A stretch of 23,907 nt of DNA from an uncultured virus (IMG/VR IMGVR_UViG_3300033149_003774) (Duplodnaviria > Heunggongvirae > Uroviricota > Caudoviricetes): IMG/VR virus record IMGVR_UViG_3300033149_003774; one strand, written 5' to 3'. The position numbers were made by a program, and so were the translations under genes. Below are positions 8,098 through 15,258 of the stretch, one piece after another. The notes under the pieces are model-generated. The model saw only the letters and a list, made by a program, of their open reading frames with translations, was not told the DNA's origin and made no database searches. The stretch's first letter is position 1, and every line of letters starts with the position of its first letter.

Positions 8098-8553
8098 ATG
8101 AAAAAACTACATATTAAACCAGAGGATATGAAAAATCTTACAAAGTGGCCTGTTGGTTATGGAAGGAACTTTAGGGTTATGGTTCCATATCCAGAGAATC
8201 CGAGAGAGGGGGTTTGTGATGCGTGCGGAAAATCGGTTTCAAAGGGGGAAATTTCGGTTACGGCACTTCATCATTGGATTTATGCATATAAGCGTAAAAC
8301 AGTTTCTAGGAATCCGCTTCTTGTATTGGATAATTGCTCCGAATTTTGTTTTGGTTGTCATGGTGTGGCTGATGCTCTACGGACAATCTGCACGCTAACG
8401 GAAAAGCGGTTATGGATTGTGGTGAGGGTTGCTCTCCTTATGCCAGAGAAAATGAAGGAAAAATTGGATTGGATAGCAAGGGCGTGGTTGAAGGCAAGAG
8501 AGCGGGATAAAACGCGGAAGGGGAAGATTACAGCCTTTATCAGAAAGACTTAA
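8098..8553 (+). CDS. HNH-like zinc-binding endonuclease
   Basis: CDAC...LHHW...DNCSEFCFGCH is the CxxC/HH/N/CxxCH layout of HNH nucleases. Confidence 0.55.
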   Translation: MKKLHIKPEDMKNLTKWPVGYGRNFRVMVPYPENPREGVCDACGKSVSKGEISVTALHHWIYAYKRKTVSRNPLLVLDNCSEFCFGCHGVADALRTICTLTEKRLWIVVRVALLMPEKMKEKLDWIARAWLKARERDKTRKGKITAFIRKT

Positions 8554-8577
8554 ATATTGGTTTGAGGTAAATGAGGT

Positions 8578-8847
8578 GTGGTTGGTTTGGAAGAAAAAAA
8601 CATTACTGACTGGGAGGTGGTATATCAACCCAGTTTCTCACCGAGATTCAATCTCACAGTAGACTATCCTCAATATATAACTTGTCCCTTCTGTAATTCC
8701 ATATTGTCTTCTGAAAATAATTATGTGTTTTGTCCATATTGTGGTTCTCGATTGAAGGAGGCAAAAAGCGATGATATTTCAAAAAAACTGAATCGCATAA
8801 TATCGATGCTCGAAGATATAATTTGTAGAATGGATGAATTGGAGTAG
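8578..8847 (+). CDS. Zinc-ribbon protein with a C-terminal coiled coil
   Basis: CPFC...FCPYCG followed by an amphipathic helix. Confidence 0.6.
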   Translation: MVGLEEKNITDWEVVYQPSFSPRFNLTVDYPQYITCPFCNSILSSENNYVFCPYCGSRLKEAKSDDISKKLNRIISMLEDIICRMDELE

Positions 8848-8854
8848 AGTGAAT

Positions 8855-10033
8855 ATGACGAGATATTGCTATTGGGGTCCTGTTCCTAATGAGCGAGATG
8901 GTGGTGCAATTGTAAATTATTATCTTCTAAAAAAATTTAATGAATTGAGACCAATGGATGAATATTACGGTGTACCAAAAGTTCCAGAGGAGCTTGATCC
9001 ATCTTGGCTTCCTTGGGTTAACTATTTTACCGTGAGAAACTCCGTGGAGTTCATCCCTTCTCTGATGTTGAGGAAGGATATACCTCTTCTTAATATTTTT
9101 CATATTGGACGTGGAGATATAGAAAGAGTATTGGAACCAGTCCACAACATAGGTGGAAAAATAGTCTGTCATCAGACAATACATTGGGACGACGATGATA
9201 TATTGAAATCAAATAGACTTATCGAGCTAGATAAGATTGTTGCGCCAACTAGATATGCATATGACATATTCAAAGAAAAGGCGCGTCTTCCACCAGAGAA
9301 ACTGGCTATCATACCTCATGCCGTCGATACGAATAGATTTTATAAACATGAAACCATTCTTGAACGCCGTTGGAACATAGATAAAAAACGACAGAGGGTA
9401 ATCCTTTTTACTGGAAGACTTAGTTATTGGAAGGGAGTTCATCAGATCATCCCAATAATACGTCCCCTCGTTAGGGCTTTTGATTGTGTATTTGTAATAC
9501 GTGGTTCCGCATTTGAGGGCGTCGAAGAATCAAAAAAACTTGCTTATATATTCAATAGACTTTCTGTGAATAATCCAAATATAATATTCATCTCTGAGTG
9601 GCAACCTCCAGCCTTTATGGAAGAGTTATACGCAATGACGGATGTTCTGATCGCGAACTCGGCACATGAGGGATTCAACCTTCCGTTAATCGAGTCTCAA
9701 GCTGTAGGTGCCATTCCAATTACTACTGCAATCCCCAATCACGTTGAGATTTTGGGACGAACTGGTTATTGTGGAATATTGGTGGAACCAAGAGTGAGGG
9801 TTGGGGAGGTAAACGATGGAAGAGAACTGATGGTAGCTGAATCAGATCAACTCTATGGTGCCGTCAAATGGGTTCTTGAAAACCCAGCGGAGTGCGCGGT
9901 TATGGGACAACATGGAATTGAAAACGTGAAGAAAAGATTTGATCTTTCAAAGATAGCCCCGTCTTGGCTTCAATTGTATGATTCTCTTCTCTCAGATGAT
10001 ATGAATGAAAATATGCGTAAAGGCATATTATGA
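8855..10033 (+). CDS. GT-B glycosyltransferase, GT4-like (#3)
   Basis: 'DGGA', 'IPHAVD', 'GRLSYWKG', 'HEGFNLPLIESQAVG'. Likely start ATG 8855. Confidence 0.9.
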   Translation: MTRYCYWGPVPNERDGGAIVNYYLLKKFNELRPMDEYYGVPKVPEELDPSWLPWVNYFTVRNSVEFIPSLMLRKDIPLLNIFHIGRGDIERVLEPVHNIGGKIVCHQTIHWDDDDILKSNRLIELDKIVAPTRYAYDIFKEKARLPPEKLAIIPHAVDTNRFYKHETILERRWNIDKKRQRVILFTGRLSYWKGVHQIIPIIRPLVRAFDCVFVIRGSAFEGVEESKKLAYIFNRLSVNNPNIIFISEWQPPAFMEELYAMTDVLIANSAHEGFNLPLIESQAVGAIPITTAIPNHVEILGRTGYCGILVEPRVRVGEVNDGRELMVAESDQLYGAVKWVLENPAECAVMGQHGIENVKKRFDLSKIAPSWLQLYDSLLSDDMNENMRKGIL

Positions 10034-10052
10034 TATTTACGTGATTTTTGAA

Positions 10053-11066
10053 ATGACATTAGATGATGTTCTTTTTTGCACCACAGATGGCAGGGAGTTC
10101 TCAAGGGGAAAATATGATTTGAGCAAGAACTATCAGTCAAGTGCGCTTTTACGCCTCCGTCCAGATGTTCTGGGTCTTGCTGGTTGGAATAGATACAAGG
10201 ATATGGATTTCAAGCAATATAAATTGATATGGCTTCATCTGAATCCACAATTATTATTTCCTCCTTGGTATGTCTTTCCTCGCCTTTTAAAAAAGGCGTC
10301 TCCAGATTCCATTCTCCTGCTCAAGCATGAATACTGGGAACGTTACTATGATAAACCTATGGAACACATTCTCAAGAGGTATTTCAACCAAGCAGACTAT
10401 ATTGTTACAAATACAAAAATAGGAAGAGATGTTGTTGAGGATAATCTGAGTCCTCCAGTATTATACGCTCACATTGGTCAGCCCACAATAGATGAAATGC
10501 CTTGGTCTTCTCCACTTTCGTGGGATGAAAGAAATGGAGTATTTGTCTTGAGACACACTACAAGAGACTCAATGATTGGAAAACTTGAAATCGGGAAGAG
10601 AACGGGATTACACGTTCATCTTGTGGATTCAGTTCCTCCACCATATGGTAATATCGATCAGTTAAAACACTTGGCGGATACTATTGGTGTGAAAGCGACA
10701 GTTTATGGAAGGCTCGATTGGAGCGATTACATTAATGTATTGAGGAGATGTAGGGTTGCGCTTGATACGGATTACGTCGGTGTGTGTAGAATGGCTTATG
10801 AGGCGGCTAGGGTTTCTGTACCAGTAGTCGGCACCAATTTAGCCGAATATAGAAACATTCTTTATCCAACTTTAACATATCGTCCTACCGATCTTTCTGG
10901 GATGTCAGAGAAAATTATGGAAATACACGAAGGCTCCGAACCAAAATCTTTAAATAACTATGCATCTACTTTAATACGGGAGTATTGGAGTCATAAGAGC
11001 TGTAAAAAGAGATTGTTAAAACTGTTTGAAAAGATCGGATATGATTATGATGGTGGCGGGGAATAA
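10053..11066 (+). CDS. Divergent GT-B glycosyltransferase (#4)
   Basis: 'ADYIVTNT', 'YINVLRRCRVAL' and 'GVCRMAYEAARVSVPVVG' (degenerate sugar-nucleotide motif). Likely start ATG 10053. Confidence 0.6.
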   Translation: MTLDDVLFCTTDGREFSRGKYDLSKNYQSSALLRLRPDVLGLAGWNRYKDMDFKQYKLIWLHLNPQLLFPPWYVFPRLLKKASPDSILLLKHEYWERYYDKPMEHILKRYFNQADYIVTNTKIGRDVVEDNLSPPVLYAHIGQPTIDEMPWSSPLSWDERNGVFVLRHTTRDSMIGKLEIGKRTGLHVHLVDSVPPPYGNIDQLKHLADTIGVKATVYGRLDWSDYINVLRRCRVALDTDYVGVCRMAYEAARVSVPVVGTNLAEYRNILYPTLTYRPTDLSGMSEKIMEIHEGSEPKSLNNYASTLIREYWSHKSCKKRLLKLFEKIGYDYDGGGE

Positions 11067-11292
11067 AAAAACGAAACAAAATGTGGCGAATATTTTTGGT
11101 TTTCTTTTATGGCTTCAGGATAGAGAGCGAAGAGGATTGATTTCATTTGAAGTAAAACAAGATGTTGGATATTTAGTTTTTGAATATCTTAGAGAACAAA
11201 CTATAGATGGAGAGTTTGTAGATGTGGATTCAATAGAAAAGAAAATAGAAGAAGCCGAAAGTGAAGTTATGGTGAATGAGGATGGAGAATAG
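11041..11292 (+). CDS. Hypothetical protein
   Basis: ORF overlapping its neighbours within the operon; no recognisable motif; start uncertain. Confidence 0.5.
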   Translation: MIMMVAGNKKTKQNVANIFGFLLWLQDRERRGLISFEVKQDVGYLVFEYLREQTIDGEFVDVDSIEKKIEEAESEVMVNEDGE

Positions 11293-11572
11293 AATAAAAA
11301 TAGGCGTTTTTCACGAAAATAAAACAGGAAGACTATTGGAGGCTCTGAAGAGAAACGGAATAGATGTTTCTAAGTGTTATATATGTGGTGCGCCAATAGT
11401 TGCGACGGAGAGACCGCCAAGAAAATGGGTATTATGGGAGTGGTGGGATGCCATCATACACAAAAGAAAATTCTATGATTGGAATGTAGGCGGCATCTCT
11501 GATAAAGGTGTCATCTGTGATAAAATAAAGTGTTTTGTGGATGCGCTATACGAACAGTATGAAGATGAGTGA
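11276..11572 (+). CDS. Cys4 zinc-finger protein
   Basis: CYICG...ICDKIKC. Confidence 0.55.
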   Translation: MRMENRIKIGVFHENKTGRLLEALKRNGIDVSKCYICGAPIVATERPPRKWVLWEWWDAIIHKRKFYDWNVGGISDKGVICDKIKCFVDALYEQYEDE

Positions 11573-11724
11573 AATTGGGACGAAAAATAGACGTGTTGGA
11601 GTTACCATTTTCTTTTTTTGAGGGAATGGAACCGCCATGTTTGGGAAAATATAACGGTAGGAACACAAGATGCAAGAATTGTCCCTCCAAGAACTATTGT
11701 AGAAAAATATCAAAATGGAAGTAG
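11569..11724 (+). CDS. Small Cys4 metal-binding protein (51 aa, missing from the ORF track)
   Basis: GTG overlaps the upstream TGA. Reads MKLGRKIDVLELPFSFFEGMEPPCLGKYNGRNTRCKNCPSKNYCRKISKWK* and fills the gap up to 7 nt before the next ATG. Confidence 0.65.
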   Translation: MKLGRKIDVLELPFSFFEGMEPPCLGKYNGRNTRCKNCPSKNYCRKISKWK

Positions 11725-11731
11725 ATAAAAA

Positions 11732-12181
11732 ATGAAGAAGGTGTATCTTTCTGGCGGTCTCGTGTCCAATTGGCAAGAAGAGGTTGTTGATGCCGTTCCG
11801 ATGGCAATTTTCTATAACCCAAAAGATTTTTCATTAGGAGGGATACCAAGACCAGATTCTAGGATTTATGCGCCTATGGATCGGTTAAAGATAGACGAGT
11901 GTGATATTGTATTTGGTTATCTGGAGGCGAGTAATCCCACACCGATAAATGTCATAGCAGAGTGTAGCTATGGTAAGGGACGGGGGAAAACCATCATTTT
12001 TTGTAATGAGTGGATCGAGAAAAACATCCAATTGGGGATGTTGAAGGCAACTTCCTTTAAAGATGGAGAAGGACGTACTTGGTTCAAACCCCATTATTTT
12101 GATTTGGTGTCCCATTGGTTCGACTTTGTAGAAACGGACTTGGGTCGCGCCATCGACATACTTAGAGAAATAGTTACATAA
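11732..12181 (+). CDS. Nucleoside 2-deoxyribosyltransferase-family / nucleotide N-hydrolase (NDT, DNPH1/Rcl, MilB-like)
   Basis: 'KVYLSGG...W', 'D...IDECDIVFG' and catalytic-type 'AECSYGKGRGKTII' (E-x-x-Y-x4-K-x-I). Confidence 0.75.
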   Translation: MKKVYLSGGLVSNWQEEVVDAVPMAIFYNPKDFSLGGIPRPDSRIYAPMDRLKIDECDIVFGYLEASNPTPINVIAECSYGKGRGKTIIFCNEWIEKNIQLGMLKATSFKDGEGRTWFKPHYFDLVSHWFDFVETDLGRAIDILREIVT

Positions 12182-12196
12182 AGATGAAGGTTTACA

Positions 12197-12211
12197 CGAA
12201 AGGCTTAAATA
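12197..12211 (+). promoter_or_regulatory. BRE-TATA promoter
   Basis: CGAAAGG-CTTAAATA upstream of ORF 12246 and the polymerase gene. Confidence 0.55.
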
Positions 12212-12245
12212 TTATGACGTTCATAGTGGAGGTTGTGCTTGGAAT

Positions 12246-12578
12246 ATGATGTTCGACTTTATGAGGATATTGAAAGAATTGGTGGGACGGCGGGTTTCAC
12301 TGAACTTTTCTAGGGCGAATAATGACGAGAGTCGAGGTTCTTATATGTGGCTTGGAACCATATTAGAAATTAAAAATAATGATAGAGTTCTTGTTTTTCA
12401 ACATCTTCCAAGGGAGGCTAGGAGGATGCAAATCGAGAAGAGTTATCTGAATTTAGATGCCACAATAATATGGTCTATCGATCTTTTGTCTGAGGATTAT
12501 GAGGAGGAAATTTATGTTACCTGTCCAAAATGCAAAACAAAGTTTTCTGTAACAGAAAAAAATCCAGAAGATAAGTGA
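12246..12578 (+). CDS. Hypothetical protein, possible Sm/SH3-like beta-barrel with a C-terminal CxxC
   Basis: 'LKELVGRRVSL....GTILEI' resembles an Sm1 motif; ends in CPKC. Confidence 0.35.
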   Translation: MMFDFMRILKELVGRRVSLNFSRANNDESRGSYMWLGTILEIKNNDRVLVFQHLPREARRMQIEKSYLNLDATIIWSIDLLSEDYEEEIYVTCPKCKTKFSVTEKNPEDK

Positions 12579-12585
12579 GAGATCT

Positions 12586-15147
12586 TTGATTCCTTACTTT
12601 CTGATCAGGAGAGAAAGACCGCGCTTTGGTTATCTGATCGATGCCATCTATGACGGAAAGCGCGGAGTTATTCGTCTTAGTTTTTTAGATCCAGTTTCTC
12701 AAACAATATTTTTTTGGTATGATAATACGGGACACCATCCCTACCTTCTCACCTCAGCTTCAAAAGAAGAGATAGAGGAATTGATTGGAGAACGAGGAGA
12801 CTATTTAGGTTCAAACGATGTAACAAAATACGATTCAATAAAAGATGAAAATGTTATTCTGAGGAAGGTATATGCTTCTAATCCACTCGCAATAGGTGGA
12901 GATTTTATTAGGAAGGGTAATTTTAGAAGCGTGCTTTCAAAAGCCGGTCATAATGTATGGGAAGCACGAAAACAATATTTTCAATGTTTTTGTTTTGACA
13001 TGAGGTTGGAGATGGGGATGCCATATCTTGTTTCAGAAAAAAATATCACTCCATTCAAAGATGTCGTTGTAGAAAAAAGGATCGAGAAAACTCTGAGAGA
13101 GTTAAATGAAAAACATAGGGTTCCAGATACGGAGGAACTTCGTTTCTGGCTTAAAATTTTTGAATATCCTTTTTTTAAACCCAAATTCATCACCATCGAC
13201 ATAGAGGTTCAACCGGAAGATTCGGATAGGATGCCCAACCCACAAATTGCTAAACAGCCAATAATAGCAGTTTCTTTTGTGGATTCGGAAGACAAGAAAG
13301 AAGTTTTTCTATTAAAGAGAAGTGGGACAAAATCAGGAAATGAAGAGTTAAAAAACGTGTATTTTTTTGACAAAGAGGAAGAATTGATCTCGACAACATT
13401 TAAAAAAATAGATAGTTTTCCATTCGTGGTTACATTTAATGGGGATAACTTCGATTTACTCTATCTCAGTAATCGTGCAGAATGCCTTGGGTTGCGAAAA
13501 AAATGGAATCCGATTATAGTTCAGAAAAAACAATGCAAGTTGAAACGTGGCATTCATATTGATCTGTATCATTTTTTCAAGATCAGAGCAATACAGATAT
13601 ACTCTTTTAAGTCAGCATACAAGGATTTCAAACTCGATAGTATTTCAAAAGCTCTGCTTAAAAAATCAAAGATCATACATAAAAAACCAATTGAACTCCT
13701 TTCATATTCAGAACTTAAAAATTATTGTCTTCGCGACGCAGAACTCACACAACAACTTTTGACATTTAATGATAATACGGTATTCAACCTCATTCTTTCA
13801 CTTACAAGAATGTCAAATCTGCCAATTGGTGAGTTAATTCGGAGAAATCTTTCAGATTGGATCAGGAGTACTCTATTTTATTTTCTTACAAAAAAGAACA
13901 TTCTCATTCCATCACGCGACCAACTTAGAATGAAGGGGGGTGCCCAAACAAAACCAAAGATAAAAGGAAAAAAATATGAGGGGGCGATTGTGAGAAAACC
14001 AAACCCAGGAGTATTCTTTGATGTGAAGGTCTTGGATTTTGCCTCCCTCTATCCTTCTGAAATTAAACTAAGAAACATTGGTTTTAGTACCGTAGATTGT
14101 CCACATGAGGATTGTAAGGTAAATGTTGTGCCTTACACGAAGCATTGGATATGTATGAAAAATAGAGCAATCGAGGCAGATGCAATCGGCAGTCTGAGGG
14201 ATATTCGTGTTTTCTTATATAAACCGAGAGCAAAAGATCCCCTTCTTCCAAAAGAATTACGTGTTTTTTATGGTGCGCTGGAACAATCAATAAAAGTTTT
14301 TCTTAATGGTCATTATGGAATTTTTGGTTATGAAAAATTTGCACTTTATACGCCAGGTGTTGCCGAAACGACTACTGCCTATGCGAGAAAGCATATGACA
14401 ATCCTAATGAAAAAGAGCGAGGAAGCTGGGATAGTTGTTCTTGGAGGAGATACTGATAGCTGTTTTCTTTATAAGCCAAGTGAAGAACAGATTAGGAAAT
14501 TAAAAGAAGAAATAATGGAGGAACTTGGACTCGATCTTGGCATCGATAAAATATATAGATATGCTGTTTTTAGTCATAGGAAGAAGAATTATCTCGGTGT
14601 GTTTGAGGATGGAACAGTAGATATAAAGGGACTTACCGGTAAAAAGAGTAATATTCCAGAAATAATAAAAAAACCATTTTTTCGAGCAATTAAAATTCTG
14701 AGTTCTGTTAAAAATATGGAAGAGTTTACGGAAGCCAAAAAAAGTATACTGGAATTGGAGATTGAAACATACAATAAAATTAAGAATAGAAAGTGGGAAG
14801 ATGTATCTGAATTGGCATTTCATACGAGACTCAGCAGAGATCCAGACTCATATGAAACAAATCCACAACACGTGAAGGCGGCGAAGATGCTTCGAGAACT
14901 GGGACACGAAGTAAGAGGTGGAGATCTCATTCATTATATCAAGGCGACAAACGAAGATGGCGTTATGCCTGTTTTTGATACGGACTCGGAGATGGTGGAT
15001 ACTGATGCTTATATTGAGCAGTTGCGTTCCGTGTTTGACCAAGTAACTGAAGTATTGGGAATTGATTTTGAAAAGGATGTTCTTGGCAAAAAAACTATGG
15101 ATGATTATATTTATGGCGACACAAACATTTCTCAATTTTTATCCTAG
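12586..15147 (+). CDS. polB1: Family B DNA polymerase of the archaeal PolB1 clade
   Basis: N-terminal 'YDG...DP.SQ.I..WYDNTGH.PY' typical of PolB1. Exo motifs DIEV, FNGDNFD, YCLRDAE; polymerase motifs DFASLYPS, KVFLNGHYG, GGDTDS, KKNY. PIP-like C-terminus. Confidence 0.95.
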   Translation: MIPYFLIRRERPRFGYLIDAIYDGKRGVIRLSFLDPVSQTIFFWYDNTGHHPYLLTSASKEEIEELIGERGDYLGSNDVTKYDSIKDENVILRKVYASNPLAIGGDFIRKGNFRSVLSKAGHNVWEARKQYFQCFCFDMRLEMGMPYLVSEKNITPFKDVVVEKRIEKTLRELNEKHRVPDTEELRFWLKIFEYPFFKPKFITIDIEVQPEDSDRMPNPQIAKQPIIAVSFVDSEDKKEVFLLKRSGTKSGNEELKNVYFFDKEEELISTTFKKIDSFPFVVTFNGDNFDLLYLSNRAECLGLRKKWNPIIVQKKQCKLKRGIHIDLYHFFKIRAIQIYSFKSAYKDFKLDSISKALLKKSKIIHKKPIELLSYSELKNYCLRDAELTQQLLTFNDNTVFNLILSLTRMSNLPIGELIRRNLSDWIRSTLFYFLTKKNILIPSRDQLRMKGGAQTKPKIKGKKYEGAIVRKPNPGVFFDVKVLDFASLYPSEIKLRNIGFSTVDCPHEDCKVNVVPYTKHWICMKNRAIEADAIGSLRDIRVFLYKPRAKDPLLPKELRVFYGALEQSIKVFLNGHYGIFGYEKFALYTPGVAETTTAYARKHMTILMKKSEEAGIVVLGGDTDSCFLYKPSEEQIRKLKEEIMEELGLDLGIDKIYRYAVFSHRKKNYLGVFEDGTVDIKGLTGKKSNIPEIIKKPFFRAIKILSSVKNMEEFTEAKKSILELEIETYNKIKNRKWEDVSELAFHTRLSRDPDSYETNPQHVKAAKMLRELGHEVRGGDLIHYIKATNEDGVMPVFDTDSEMVDTDAYIEQLRSVFDQVTEVLGIDFEKDVLGKKTMDDYIYGDTNISQFLS

Positions 15148-15166
15148 AAAATTATTATGAATATTG

Positions 15167-15181
15167 TTTTTTTCTTTTTTT
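15167..15181 (+). terminator. Oligo-T archaeal terminator
   Basis: TTTTTTTCTTTTTTT about 20 nt after the polB stop. Confidence 0.6.
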
Positions 15182-15215
15182 AATAAGAAACATCACATTC
15201 AAATAGCCAAAAAAC

Positions 15216-15230
15216 ATAAGAGATATAAAT
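15216..15230 (+). promoter_or_regulatory. TATA promoter of the portal-like gene
   Basis: ATAAGAGA-TATAAAT; the spacing favours ATG 15259 over the ORF-track start 15229. Confidence 0.45.
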
Positions 15231-15258
15231 GTCAGTTGTAATATATTATTTGTTTGAT

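Noticed and set aside
3982..15147. Inteins in RadA or PolB
   Set aside because: Lengths are normal, the motifs are contiguous and there are no C...HN splice junctions.
1174..15258. ORF-track starts at 1174, 5263, 5802, 7336, 8834, 10005 and 15229
   Set aside because: They extend into upstream genes or promoters; downstream ATGs with coupling or better promoter spacing are more plausible.
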